A stretch of 64,000 nt of DNA, taken from an uncultured delta proteobacterium. Lineage in GTDB: Bacteria; Desulfobacterota; Desulfobacteria; Desulfobacterales; UBA2156. The notes beneath the pieces are model-generated. The model was not told where the DNA came from. It ran no database searches and saw only the letters and a program-made list of their open reading frames with translations. Positions 10,374 to 21,464 of the stretch are shown here, piece by piece; the first letter of the stretch is position 1, and the number at the start of each line of letters is the position of its first letter. Both the position numbers and the translations under genes were made by a program. The stretch spans positions 512,001 through 576,000 of the forward strand of contig CAVTQK010000021.1 of NCBI GenBank assembly GCA_963736855.1. The letters run 5' to 3'.

Positions 10374-11794
10374 GAGTGCTTTCTCCTTATTTCTTCAAAC
10401 CGGCCGGGTCGGCATTCCGGCGCTTCTCCCTCGAGGGAGTTCGCAAAGGCTTGTTTTATATGGACACAAACCAGTGCGCCCGGATAGACAACATCATGGA
10501 AAGGCGATTCTCCATTCACCCTGAAGTTGACGATTTTATTACCCAAAGTCCGGCCGGTCCACTGGATCCCTTTCGGCCCACCCGAATCGGTCTGTTTTTG
10601 CGTCTTCTTGCTCGGACCATCCACGAGAACTTCCTGAAAGGTTCCCACGAGGGCCCGGTATTTTTTCAGGGTAACGTCCCGCTGGAATTCGAAAAGCGTT
10701 TTGAGCCGTTCTGTCTTGATGCTCTCCGGAACCTTTTCCATCAACCCGGCAGCCCGGGTTCCTTTTCTGTCTGAATACTTGAAAGCAAACAGACTGTCAA
10801 ACTCCACCGCTGCCATCATACTGAGGGTTTCCTGAAAATCGTCTTCGCTTTCCCCTGGAAAACCGACGATGAAGTCCGTGGTTATGGAGATATCCGGGCA
10901 GATCGATCTCAGAGCCTTGACCCGGTCGATATAGTGTGCCCGGGTATACCGGCGATGCATCCTCGACAAAACACGATCCGAGCCGCTCTGTACCGGAAGA
11001 TGGATATGCCGGCACAATTTGTCAAACCGACCGAAGGCGGCAACCAGATCATCGGAAAGGTCTTTGGGGTGTGAGGTTGTAAAGCGTATCCTCTCCAATC
11101 CCTCGATCTTGTTAATTCCGGCGAGCAGCTCCGAAAATGAGGCAATTCCTTCTTTTTTACCAAAGCTGTTGACATTTTGCCCCAAAAGAGTGACTTCGCG
11201 AACGCCCGCAGCCACCAGGTACTGTATTTCAAATACGATTTCCTCCGGATCCCTGCTCCTCTCCCTCCCCCGGACAAACGGGACGACGCAATAGGCGCAA
11301 TAATTGTCGCATCCTTGCATGATGGTGACGAAACGGGAAACGCCAGGGGCCTTTTCTGCCGTCTTCTGGGAGAAAAAGGTCCGTATTTCTTCCAGGGTCT
11401 CACCGACATCCACGTCCACAATGCGACGCCGGTTCCTGTGAATCTCCTCGATGATCTTCGGAAGCCGCCCGTAAGAATGGGTTCCCAACACCAGATCCAC
11501 GTGGGCCATTCTTTCGAGGATTCGGTCCGCTTCCTGCTGGGCAACGCATCCGCATGCGGCGATGATGAGATCGGGGTTCCTTTTCTTCAAAGCCGCCAGC
11601 CTTCCTAAAAAACTAAAGACTTTCTGCTCTGCCTTTTCCCGGATGGCGCAGGTGTTGAGAAATATCAAATCGGCGCCTTCGGGAAAAGGGGTCTGGCGAT
11701 ATCCGCATCCCTGCATCAACGCCGCGATCCTTTCGGAATCATGGACGTTCATCTGGCATCCGATGGTGTTGATGTAAAACCGTTTTTCTCTCAT
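10358..11794 (-). CDS. miaB: tRNA-2-methylthio-N6-dimethylallyladenosine synthase
   Basis: GCQMNVHDSE, NTCAIREKAE, radical SAM GCDNYCAYCVVP, C-terminal TRAM domain. Confidence 0.95.
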   Translation of the reverse strand: MREKRFYINTIGCQMNVHDSERIAALMQGCGYRQTPFPEGADLIFLNTCAIREKAEQKVFSFLGRLAALKKRNPDLIIAACGCVAQQEADRILERMAHVDLVLGTHSYGRLPKIIEEIHRNRRRIVDVDVGETLEEIRTFFSQKTAEKAPGVSRFVTIMQGCDNYCAYCVVPFVRGRERSRDPEEIVFEIQYLVAAGVREVTLLGQNVNSFGKKEGIASFSELLAGINKIEGLERIRFTTSHPKDLSDDLVAAFGRFDKLCRHIHLPVQSGSDRVLSRMHRRYTRAHYIDRVKALRSICPDISITTDFIVGFPGESEDDFQETLSMMAAVEFDSLFAFKYSDRKGTRAAGLMEKVPESIKTERLKTLFEFQRDVTLKKYRALVGTFQEVLVDGPSKKTQKQTDSGGPKGIQWTGRTLGNKIVNFRVNGESPFHDVVYPGALVCVHIKQAFANSLEGEAPECRPGRFEEIRRKHSCCIK

Positions 11795-11996
11795 AATCAA
11801 TAGTAATTTCGGATTGAAGACTATTCAACAAGTCTATCGCCTCCTGCTCGCATCCCGGGGAAACATGGAGGCAGACGATGCCACGAATCGGATCGAGAGT
11901 TCGCATCATCGCTATTCCGTCGTAGCCCTCCAGAATGAACTTAAACAATGCCATTTCATGGGGCTTGATGCGCAATCGCCACAGAACGCTTCTCAA
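11739..11996 (-). CDS. DUF4911-like small protein
   Basis: FKFILEGYDGIAMMRTLDP pattern; directly upstream of miaB. Confidence 0.7.
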   Translation of the reverse strand: MRSVLWRLRIKPHEMALFKFILEGYDGIAMMRTLDPIRGIVCLHVSPGCEQEAIDLLNSLQSEITIDYERKTVLHQHHRMPDERP

Positions 11997-12120
11997 TGAG
12001 AAGACTCCTTTTGATATTAGAGGCTACCATCACCCGGATCGCTATTTCAATACCTTTCTCTAAACCCTATGCGAGGAGTTCTCACTTGTGCGGATGCTCG
12101 ATATCCGGTATAGAATTTAC

Positions 12121-13840
12121 ATGAATAAACTCTGGGAAATCCGTCGACCCCAGCCTGATCTCGTCCAACAAGTGGCCCGGAACTCGCGGATCGACCCGAT
12201 TGTGGCTTTTCTCCTGGTCAATCGCGGCATAACCGATCCTGCCGAAGCTGAAAACTTCTTGTCCCCGAGCCTGAATCACCTGCGGTCTCCTTTTACCCTC
12301 AAGGATGTTACAAAAGCCGCCGACCGCATCATCCGTGCCCTTTTAAACCGGGAAAAAATCTTGCTCTTTGGAGACTACGATGTGGATGGTGTCACGGCCG
12401 CCGCCGTGATTCATGATTTTTTGAAACCGCTTCAAGCCGATATCTCCGTTTATATTCCTCACCGAACACGGGAAGGATATGGCCTTCGACCCGAACATGT
12501 CCCACGACACATCGCACCGGGTAAGTTCGACCTGGTCATCACTGTCGATTGCGGATCCGGAAGCCACGAGGCCGTAACAGCCGCCTCTCGTGTCGGCATC
12601 GATACCATCATTACCGATCATCACCGAATCGATTCGAGCCCTTCCAAAAGCTGCTGCGGTGGTCAACCCCAATCGCCCGGATTGCCCTTCGGGTTTCGGA
12701 CACCTCGCAGGAGTCGGGGTGGCCTACTTCCTCGTCGTTGTTTTAAGGAAACGTCTCCGGGAAATCGGTTATTGGAAACAACAACCCGAGCCCAACCTGA
12801 GGGAACTTTGCGATCTCGTGGCGCTGGGAACCGTGGCGGACATGGCGCCCATGGTCATGGAAAACCGAATTCTGACAAAAGAAGGCCTGGGCCTGATTCA
12901 GGCGGGTCGACGCATCCCTATCCGCGCCTTGGCGGAATCGTCGGGCATCGGGTTTGAATCCATCGATGCGGAAGCCGTCGCCTTTCGGCTGTCGCCTCGG
13001 ATCAATGCTGCCGGCCGCATTGATCACGCCGGACTGGCTTTTGATTTGCTGCAGGAAACGGGACTTCACGCGGCGAGGGAAAAGGCGGAACGCCTCAATG
13101 CGATGAATGCAGACAGACAGCGTATAGAAAAACAGATTGTTGACGATATCGACCAGCGCCTCCAAGCGCGACCCGAGATGCTGAAAAATCGAACCCTCGT
13201 GCTTTCCAGTTCAAACTGGCACGAAGGGATTCTCGGTATTGCGGCTTCGAAGGTAGTGGAAAAGTACCATCGGATGGCCGTTTTGATTTCAACCCGAGAT
13301 GGAATAGGCAAAGGATCGGCCCGAGGGGTTGCGGGCATGGACCTTTTCGGGTTTCTGTGCCAGTGCAAAGGATACCTCGAAGATTTCGGCGGCCACCAAA
13401 CCGCTGCAGGGCTAAAGGTCCGGACGGCAAACATCGACACTTTCAGTGAGATTTTCGAAGAAACCGTGCGGCGGCAAAGTCGCCCGGAGGATTTCGTCCC
13501 TAGAATTTTCGTGGACTGCGAACTTGAATTCGATCAGATCAGTTCCGATCTCATCGATGCCCTGGAAGGACTCAAACCCCACGGCGTGGGTAATCCTGCA
13601 CCTTTGTTCATGGCCCGAAACATCCGGGTGCTTTCCTCCCGTTTGGTGGGCAAAACCCACCGGAAGATGCGACTTGCCCAGTTTACAGGCAGCCGTAATC
13701 GTACCCTTGAAGCGATACAGTTTCATATCGATCCGGAAACGCCCCAGAAAACAACCTTTTCGCGGATGGCTTACCGCCTTACATGGAACCATTGGAATGG
13801 GAGGAAAACAGCCCAGGCCGTTGTCGAGGAGGCGGACTGA
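12121..13840 (+). CDS. recJ: ssDNA exonuclease RecJ; 1-nt frameshift near 12640
   Basis: GDYDVDG, ITVDCG, ITDHH, ALGTVAD, PRINAAGR, GSAR, GGH; extra C in agcccttcc. Confidence 0.92.
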
Positions 13841-13894
13841 TCGACCCCGTCTTAAGGTTTCGTAAACCAAATGACCGCAGAACAGGTAAATGAC

Positions 13895-14917
13895 ATGCGG
13901 CCCAGTTTTCATCCAAGGCTTATTAACGCGCCTTTCGAAGATCCCGGCCTTTTTATCCCCTTTTTATTTCAAAAGCGGGCGTTTCTTTTCGATCTGGGGG
14001 ATCTTTCATTCCTCTCTTCGAAAGATCTTCTCAAAATCAGCCATGTCTTCGTCACCCATGCCCATATGGATCATTTTATCGGGTTCGATCGGCTGCTGCG
14101 CCTTTTCCTGGGAAGATCCAAGACCTTAAATCTATTCGGTCCAAAAGGATTTTTACGCCATGTGAAAGGAAAGCTTTCCGGGTACTCCTGGGACCTGGTG
14201 AAAAATTACGAAAATCCATTGGTTTTGAAGGTGACGGAAGTTACCGAGGCGCATCTAGTCACCCGCGAGTTTGCCTGCCGGGACGGATTTATTCCGGGTA
14301 AACCCCGTGCCCGCCCTTTTTCCGAGACTCTACTGGAAGAACCCGCCCTTACCGTCTCCGCATCCATCTTTGACCACAGCATCCCCTGCCTCGGTTTTTC
14401 CATGACGGAACGTTTCCATGTCAACGTGAAAAAGGATGCGGTGCGTGCCATGGGCCTGGATATCGGCCCATGGCTGAGGGAATTCAAAGAATCCTTGTTC
14501 GCATCCAAAGAACCCTCGACGTTATTGACGATTCAAAGGGGGCAAAAAACCCTCAGGATTCGTTTAGGAGATTTAACGGACCGGATCGCGATGATCACAC
14601 CGGGACAAAAAATCACCTATATAACCGACATCGGATTTTCTTCCCTCAACGAGGCAAAAGCCGTCACCCTGGCGATGGATGCGGACCACCTTTTTATCGA
14701 GGCTTCTTTTTTGGAAAAGGAAAAAGGGATCGCTTTCCAAAAGCATCACCTTACCGCCTCGCAAGCCGGGACAATCGCGGGAAAGGCCCGGGTCAAGCAA
14801 TTTACACTCTTTCATTTTTCTCCCCGATACACGGGAGAAATCCATGATTTCGAAAAAGAGGCGAAAAAAGCCTATCAGGATTCCCCGGCTTTACGAACCC
14901 ATATCCCGCAAGATTGA
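13895..14917 (+). CDS. rnz: Ribonuclease Z (metallo-beta-lactamase fold)
   Basis: THAHMDHFIG, HHLTASQAG, FHFSPRY. Confidence 0.8.
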   Translation: MRPSFHPRLINAPFEDPGLFIPFLFQKRAFLFDLGDLSFLSSKDLLKISHVFVTHAHMDHFIGFDRLLRLFLGRSKTLNLFGPKGFLRHVKGKLSGYSWDLVKNYENPLVLKVTEVTEAHLVTREFACRDGFIPGKPRARPFSETLLEEPALTVSASIFDHSIPCLGFSMTERFHVNVKKDAVRAMGLDIGPWLREFKESLFASKEPSTLLTIQRGQKTLRIRLGDLTDRIAMITPGQKITYITDIGFSSLNEAKAVTLAMDADHLFIEASFLEKEKGIAFQKHHLTASQAGTIAGKARVKQFTLFHFSPRYTGEIHDFEKEAKKAYQDSPALRTHIPQD

Positions 14918-15070
14918 TGGCTTCGTAAAAAGTCCAATTTCCGCGTTGCGCTTCATCCCGTTGCGATTTCGACGTACGATAAGTACGCCTCATCACACGG
15001 GATTCGCGACGCCTTGAACTTGAACTTTTTACTTTGCCATCTGATTTTCGACTTTTTGCGAGTTCGGCAA
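14914..15070 (+). repeat. ~157-bp MITE/REP-like palindromic element, copy A
   Basis: Terminal inverted repeat TTGATGGCTTCGTAAAAAGTC; near-identical reverse copy at 26422-26578. Confidence 0.85.
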
Positions 15071-15168
15071 GATTGAATGTTTTTGCTTGAAATGGGATTT
15101 GTTTCCTCTTATAATACGCCCTAAAAAATGGCGGGGGATTAAACCTTTCGCTGGAAAAGGACATCAGA

Positions 15169-15615
15169 ATGTCGAAGGTATTCCGGAAAAGTACGCGTGA
15201 AACGAGCATTTTATCCAAAATCGAATCATCCAAGGAACATGCCCGGAGAATGGCCATCAACGGGGTGAAGGACTGTACCGAATCGCTGAGCAATGCCATT
15301 GCCATGAAGCTGGTGGAAACCGGTTTAGTGGAAACGACCAGTAAAAACAGCCTCGAGGATCAGATCAAAGGGTCCCTTATCAAATTGACGCGGGCTGAAG
15401 ACTTTGACGTCGATTACCAAGTCGCCCCTTTTCGCAACATGGTTCCGCAGCCCCATGTGGTGAGCATGTACTTGACGGCCTTTGTCCTCGAGCATCTGAT
15501 CCACAACAAGGATGTCGTGGATATATTCGGGGAGGACATCGAAATTTACTCCTGCATCAACCAGCAGGTGGTCAAATTTTTATCCCGAGAAAAACTGCCC
15601 GATGAATTCACTTAG
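15169..15615 (+). CDS. Hypothetical protein
   Basis: 148-aa ORF with a plausible RBS (aagga) and normal protein-like composition; no motif recognised. Confidence 0.65.
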   Translation: MSKVFRKSTRETSILSKIESSKEHARRMAINGVKDCTESLSNAIAMKLVETGLVETTSKNSLEDQIKGSLIKLTRAEDFDVDYQVAPFRNMVPQPHVVSMYLTAFVLEHLIHNKDVVDIFGEDIEIYSCINQQVVKFLSREKLPDEFT

Positions 15616-18535
15616 ACGCTTTTTTCAAGATGCCGTCCCATCCTACCGGGATGCGGACAATATTTCCTTGTTTATTTTTAAATAGAAGGTATTCGTTTTC
15701 CATCCCGAACAGCAGCAAATCCCGGGTAATCTCGACATCCTGACGGCAGTATCTCAGAATGTCTTGTATCCGTCCTTCCTTCCACCATGTTAAAGCTTGC
15801 AACCCATCCGCACTTTTGCTTTTCCCCAATGTGATCTTCGCCAGATGATCCAGGGAGAGTCGGTATCCGAGGCGGTGATGGATCTCTTCCAAAATATCCA
15901 ACGTAGGAAGTGTCTCAAAGTCGAAATTCGAATATCCCCTTAAAACACCATAATCGAAGCGCCTGATATTGAAGCCCACCACAAGCTCCAGGCGTTTGAG
16001 CTTTTCGATGAGCGCCGGAACTTCATCTTCCCGATAGGGGATATAGGCATCCTCTTTGGAATCGAAAAGGACGGCACAGCTGATCCGCATGAGATCATTT
16101 CGTTGCCACCCACCCACCTCTTCCGCCGAAAGCTGAGTCTCCAGATCCAGCACTCCGTAGTGCAGAGGGGATACCGGTTTTGTGACACGAATGCGACCAT
16201 GATCTTCACCGGTTTGAGGTTTCTCCATTTTAACGGTCGGCACGGCTGTTGAGGAACGGATCGCATCCAGAATGAAAAGGGCCCCGGCCTTGTCGATGGG
16301 TCGGTTCCCGGACCCGCATTTGGGAGAATGAACGCAAGAAGGACACCCGATTTCACAGGGGCATGTGGCGATGACCTTATGGGTGAGTCTCAGCAGCTCC
16401 TCGGCCCGGATGAAGGCCTGACGGGTGAGACCCGCACCGCCTGGAACCCCATCATAAATAAACACAGCCGGCCCTTTCACCTGGGGATGAAACGGCATGG
16501 CGATGCCTCCCAAGTCGTTTCGATCCGTCATCACGAGCAAAGGGAAAATACCGATACCGGCGTGCTCAATAGCATGGATTCCCCCCATGAAGTGCAAAAA
16601 TGCCTGGTCGGTCTTGATCTGCACTTCTGGAGGAATCCGATACCACAATCCTTCAGTCTCGAAGATGAGGGGAGGCAAGTCCAATGGAACGATGCCGATC
16701 CTTTTTCCACCATGAATCCGCAGTTTTTCATACCCCGTGACCTGGTCGGTCACCTTCAGGCGCCCGGAATAGACATGAGCGCCCCACACCGGTTTTTCCT
16801 CATAGATATCTAAGATCTCTGTATTTTTATGACCCCGGACACGGGTATAATAATCGACTTTGGCTGAAACGGCGTGGGCGGTCCGGGTGGAAAGATCCAG
16901 ATGCTTGATCAAAAAAGACTCCCCCCGGTGGAGATAGACGGCCCCCGGGTGGGTCTCCCTAAAAGCTCGAAAACCATCAACCTCTCCGATCGTTGCACCG
17001 TTTTCCCCTGAGATGATGAAGCGATCCCCTGCCCCGCGGAGATCCACTTCCCGGTGGGGAGACCGTCTTTTCGAGTAAAGCACTTCTCCATCCGCGCTGC
17101 GCAACAATTCTCCGATTTCTTCAAGACCTGCCACCGCATATTGAACCGGTTTTTCAGATAAAAAGGGTTCTCTCAACTTCAGGGGAAGTTCCGCCGCCGC
17201 ACAAACCAAATGCTTGGATAAAATGGCCGGATTGTAAGGGTTGATGACTGCGGCCTCCGGTTCCCGGTTCACAAAATCTTCCGGGTTCCTCATGAAATAC
17301 TGATCGAGGGCATCCTCACCGGCAACCAGGATCATGGCACTGTTCTGACCGGTTCGACCCACTCTTCCGCCCCGCTGCCATGTAGCGATAACGGAACCCG
17401 GATAACCCACCAGGATGCACAGATCCAGGTTCCCGATGTCGATCCCCAGTTCCAGTGCGCTGGTGGACACCACCGCCAAAAGGTCGCCGGTGGAAAGCCT
17501 GTGTTCGATCTCCCGGCGTTCCTCAGGTAAAAATCCAGCCCGGTAGGCGCTGATTTTCTCCGAATATGGACCGGCCTGAGTGGACGCCCAGAGGGCGATG
17601 AGTTCGGTGAGCTTTCGTGACTGGGTATATACGATCGTCCTGAGGCCGCGGACGAGAGCGGCTTTCAGAAGCAAGATAGCCATCTGGGCTGCGCTTTCCG
17701 TGGGATTGATAAACAGGAGGTGTCGTTTTCCTCGTCCCGCCCCGCTTTCAGTGATGGGCTCAGCCCGGACCCCGGTAAGTTGACTGGAAAGCTGAGAAGG
17801 ATTGGAAATCGTTGCGGAACTGAACAAATAGGACGGGGAAACCCCGTAGTTGGCGCACACCCGGTTAAACCGCCGGAAAACCTGTGCCATATGGGATCCC
17901 ATGATCCCCCGATACGTATGTACCTCATCCACCACCACGATCTCGAGGTGCCTTAAAAACCCTGCCCATTTGAGGTGGTGTGGAAGGATGGAAAGATGCA
18001 ACATCTCCGGATTCGTCAATAGGATGTTGGGAGGACGCTCCCGGATTTTTTTGCGCTGCCATGCCGTCGTATCCCCATCATAGATAGCCGCCGTGGGAAG
18101 GATTCCCTCGAGATGGCTGGTTGTCTCTTGAAAAACCCGCAATTGATCCTGGGCCAAAGCTTTGAGCGGAAAGAGGAACAAAGCCCTGAATTGCGGGTTT
18201 TGAAAAAACTTTTCCAAGACGGGGAGCGTGTAGACCAATGTTTTTCCGCTGGCGGTAGGTGTTGCGATCACAACGGATCGGTTCGACCTGAGGTGGTCCA
18301 TTGCCTGAGCCTGATGGGAATAAAGACGCGCAATACCCGTCTTTTCCAGTATACGGTTAATGGAATCCGGCCATGCTTTTTTGGACCGGGTCCAATAGGG
18401 TGTTATCGCCGGAAAGATCTTATGATAAACCGCCTGCCCCGCCAGCCGTGGAGAGGATTTCAACGAATGAACGTATTCGTCGATCGGGGAACTGAGGCTT
18501 TTATTCATACAGATGGCCTGAAATTCCAAGTTCAC
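15608..18535 (-). CDS. DEAD/DEAH helicase with DUF1998 (MrfA/SftH-like) fused to a C-terminal RNase H-like exonuclease (MrfB/YprB-like)
   Basis: TPTASGKT, VDEVH, SALELGID, QRGGRVGR, CPCEIGCPSC, then LDLETQ...GFNIRRFD...YCRQDV. Confidence 0.88.
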   Translation of the reverse strand: MNLEFQAICMNKSLSSPIDEYVHSLKSSPRLAGQAVYHKIFPAITPYWTRSKKAWPDSINRILEKTGIARLYSHQAQAMDHLRSNRSVVIATPTASGKTLVYTLPVLEKFFQNPQFRALFLFPLKALAQDQLRVFQETTSHLEGILPTAAIYDGDTTAWQRKKIRERPPNILLTNPEMLHLSILPHHLKWAGFLRHLEIVVVDEVHTYRGIMGSHMAQVFRRFNRVCANYGVSPSYLFSSATISNPSQLSSQLTGVRAEPITESGAGRGKRHLLFINPTESAAQMAILLLKAALVRGLRTIVYTQSRKLTELIALWASTQAGPYSEKISAYRAGFLPEERREIEHRLSTGDLLAVVSTSALELGIDIGNLDLCILVGYPGSVIATWQRGGRVGRTGQNSAMILVAGEDALDQYFMRNPEDFVNREPEAAVINPYNPAILSKHLVCAAAELPLKLREPFLSEKPVQYAVAGLEEIGELLRSADGEVLYSKRRSPHREVDLRGAGDRFIISGENGATIGEVDGFRAFRETHPGAVYLHRGESFLIKHLDLSTRTAHAVSAKVDYYTRVRGHKNTEILDIYEEKPVWGAHVYSGRLKVTDQVTGYEKLRIHGGKRIGIVPLDLPPLIFETEGLWYRIPPEVQIKTDQAFLHFMGGIHAIEHAGIGIFPLLVMTDRNDLGGIAMPFHPQVKGPAVFIYDGVPGGAGLTRQAFIRAEELLRLTHKVIATCPCEIGCPSCVHSPKCGSGNRPIDKAGALFILDAIRSSTAVPTVKMEKPQTGEDHGRIRVTKPVSPLHYGVLDLETQLSAEEVGGWQRNDLMRISCAVLFDSKEDAYIPYREDEVPALIEKLKRLELVVGFNIRRFDYGVLRGYSNFDFETLPTLDILEEIHHRLGYRLSLDHLAKITLGKSKSADGLQALTWWKEGRIQDILRYCRQDVEITRDLLLFGMENEYLLFKNKQGNIVRIPVGWDGILKKASK

Positions 18536-18869
18536 GTTATTTAGTTGAGTTCAAAGTATTTTTGTTATATTAGAGTATGAAAGGATGCAAGTACACTCTC
18601 ATAAACCGCAAACCAACCTTTTTCCGGATACCGACCGTCCGGCCATATACCTATCGATTCGGAGGTTCGATCGCTGTCACTTCGGCCTATTACATGGAAA
18701 AAGGTTCAACCAAAGGGCCCGATAGGGTGGAAGACCCGCTCACTAAAAACTTTAGTCCTCGCCAAGTTTCATTTACATACCGCTTTATGACAAAACGTTC
18801 CGGTGTCTCGGCGTTTCCCAGTCGCATCGGCGGCATTGGGGACTTCTATAGTGCGGCAGCGGAGCGATA

Positions 18870-20144
18870 ATGATCCTGCAAATCATTATTCTCGTGGTTT
18901 TGATTCTTTTCTCAGGCTTTTTTTCTTCGGCAGAAACAGCCTTTTTTTCCATCGGTCGCACCCGGGCACGACATCTGGCAAAAAATGAAGGGCCGCCCTT
19001 TGAACTGATTTTGAAAATGAAGGAAAACCCGCACAGACTATTGAGCACCGTCCTTGTGGGAAATAACCTGGTCAACATTTCAGCCGCTGCCTTGGCCACT
19101 TCCATCACCATGGATGTCTTTCCCAACTACGCCGTGAGTGCGGCCACCGGTATCATGACGCTTGTGATTCTGGTTTTCGGCGAGGTACTTCCAAAATCCA
19201 TTGCTGCCCGAAACAACGTCCTCATCGCCCGGCTGACGATCTATCCTATCTACTGGTTTTCTTTCCTCTTTTACCCGATTCTGCTGGTTTTAAATTTCAT
19301 TCCCAAACTCACCGGAAAAATGACCAAATCGCCCGGTCTTACGGAAGAGGAACTCATCACATTTGTTGAAGCCGTGGAAGAGGAGGGTCGGATCAAGGAA
19401 CAGGAAAAAGAGCTGATCCATAACATTTTTGAACTCGACGACACCAATGCCTCGGAAATCATGACGCCTAGGGCCGACATGTTCGTCATCGATGCGAAAA
19501 AGCCGCTTGAGTTGGAAAAAATACTCCAGTCCGGATACACCCGTATTCCGGTCATCGAAGGTTCCATCGATCAAGTGATCGGAATTCTCAATATCAAGGA
19601 TCTGTTCCTGTATCAGGCTCGCTGTGATGCGTCCATCGACATCCGAAAAATCATGAGGGCTCCCTACTTTGTCCCTGAGCATAAAAAGCTGGACCGATTG
19701 TTGCAGCAGTTCCGGAAGCGCAAAGACCATATGGCCATCGTCGTGGATGAATATGGCGGGGTGGCCGGGCTTGTTACGTTGGAAGACGCCCTTGAGGAAC
19801 TCGTGGGAGAAATCAGCGATGAGACAGACGTTGAAGACACCCATGTCCTGAAGCTGGGTGAAAACGAATGGATCGTCATGGGAAAAACCGAGGTGGACGA
19901 GGTCAATGATGCAGTCGGCATGAAAATCCCCGACTCCAGCGAATATGACACCTTCTCCGGGTTCATCCTGAATCTGACCGGCAGAATACCCAAAGAAAAA
20001 GAAGAGATCGTGTTCAACGAATACCGCATCATCATCAGAAAGATGGCCGGTAATCGGATCAAGGAGCTTGGCGTTAAAAAGGCTACGGAAAACCAAGTCT
20101 CGCTCATTCAAAATGGAATAAAAACGGCCCCTCGTATTGGATAA
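18870..20144 (+). CDS. Hemolysin-family CNNM/CBS/CorC protein
   Basis: FFSSAETA, FGEVLPKS, IMTPR, VVDEYGG...EDALEELVGEI. Confidence 0.9.
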   Translation: MILQIIILVVLILFSGFFSSAETAFFSIGRTRARHLAKNEGPPFELILKMKENPHRLLSTVLVGNNLVNISAAALATSITMDVFPNYAVSAATGIMTLVILVFGEVLPKSIAARNNVLIARLTIYPIYWFSFLFYPILLVLNFIPKLTGKMTKSPGLTEEELITFVEAVEEEGRIKEQEKELIHNIFELDDTNASEIMTPRADMFVIDAKKPLELEKILQSGYTRIPVIEGSIDQVIGILNIKDLFLYQARCDASIDIRKIMRAPYFVPEHKKLDRLLQQFRKRKDHMAIVVDEYGGVAGLVTLEDALEELVGEISDETDVEDTHVLKLGENEWIVMGKTEVDEVNDAVGMKIPDSSEYDTFSGFILNLTGRIPKEKEEIVFNEYRIIIRKMAGNRIKELGVKKATENQVSLIQNGIKTAPRIG

Positions 20145-20251
20145 TACAAAAGCGCAATGGTTATTGAAGATCTTTTATCTCGCAAGGTTCATCGTGTCGC
20201 CGGGTGAGTTACAGGAAGTTGCTCACGTCGGGCATGGAAGGAATGCAAGCG

Positions 20252-20785
20252 ATGCAACTGACCGATCTGTTGCCACTGGAAAAGTGGATTGAAATCGAAA
20301 AAGAGATTTACCGACGCTCGGGTCTGGACGCTTCGGTTTTCGATACAAAGGGGTACCGCATCACCAGTTATAAAGAATGGGCCAATCGCCTTTGTCCGGC
20401 CATAAAAGCCAACGACAAGGGGCAAAGTTACATTTGTGCGGTAGCGCACATGAACGTGGCTTCCCAAGCCCAACAGACCCGAAAACCGGTCATCGAAGAA
20501 TGCGATACCGGCCTGGTTAAAGCCTGTGTCCCCATCATCGTCGGGGATGAGTATATCGGCACCCTGTGCGGATGCGGGATGATCCGGGATGCCGGTGAAG
20601 TGGAAATCTTTCTGGTCAATAAAATAACCGGGATCGATGAACAAATCCTTGAAACGCTCTCCGAGGATATCCCCAGTATTTCAACCGAAGATATCCAAAA
20701 ACTTCTGTTATATATGTCGAATACTATTGATGAAGCCATAGCCAACTATGAAAATCAGGGGACAAAAATGGAAAATGTCTCTTAA
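20252..20785 (+). CDS. Stand-alone PocR ligand-binding domain protein
   Basis: WANRLCPAIK...ICAVAH...ECDTGL...VPII Cys pattern. Confidence 0.7.
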   Translation: MQLTDLLPLEKWIEIEKEIYRRSGLDASVFDTKGYRITSYKEWANRLCPAIKANDKGQSYICAVAHMNVASQAQQTRKPVIEECDTGLVKACVPIIVGDEYIGTLCGCGMIRDAGEVEIFLVNKITGIDEQILETLSEDIPSISTEDIQKLLLYMSNTIDEAIANYENQGTKMENVS

Positions 20786-20915
20786 AACATATCGACTGAT
20801 CGATTGATTGGATCATTTTTTCAGGAGTCAAAGAACGGTTTGCGTTTGGGTAAACTATGGCAACGGATAATTCGAAATCCGGAAACCGGATCAATCGCTA
20901 AGGAAAGAAAATCCC

Positions 20916-21338
20916 ATGAAACTGTCGACTCGAAGCCGATATGGCGTCAGAATCCTTGTGGAACTTGCCCAACAGGCAGATAGCGGACCCGTAAAAGTGG
21001 GAAAGATCTCCAATAATCAGAAAATCACCATCAAATACCTGGAACAGCTCATTCAGCCCCTGAAGAAAGCCGGTCTTGTGAAAAGCTTTCGAGGGCCAAA
21101 AGGCGGTCATCAACTTGCCAAGAAGCCCGGAGAGATTATGTTGAGTCAGGTTGTTCGAATCCTTGAGGGGAAAACCGACCTGTTGGATTGTATCCTCAAA
21201 CCGGAAACATGTACATTTTCTGAAAGGTGCCGGGCTCGTTTGGCCTGGAAGGAAGCCTCGGACGCCCTGTACGAAAAATTAAATTCCATCTCCATCGCCG
21301 ATCTGATCCAAGACGATGCCGCCGTCACCTGCCCCTGA
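20916..21338 (+). CDS. Rrf2-family transcriptional regulator
   Basis: MKLSTRSRYG, YLEQL, RGPKGG, three C-terminal Cys. Confidence 0.92.
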   Translation: MKLSTRSRYGVRILVELAQQADSGPVKVGKISNNQKITIKYLEQLIQPLKKAGLVKSFRGPKGGHQLAKKPGEIMLSQVVRILEGKTDLLDCILKPETCTFSERCRARLAWKEASDALYEKLNSISIADLIQDDAAVTCP

Positions 21339-21464
21339 TCCGAGGGCCCGAAGATCTTTTCAAAACAGGTCCTATCAAAATTGACACCGGATTCGGAATC
21401 GCATATAGAATATGCAGAGTCGAAATGAATTCAATACCCTTTCACGGTCCGTAGAGCCGGCATT

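Noticed and set aside
4081..12660. Programmed ribosomal frameshifting in the SNF2, res and recJ genes
   Set aside because: No canonical slippery heptamers, and the same slip pattern occurs in unrelated genes, which favours sequencing error.
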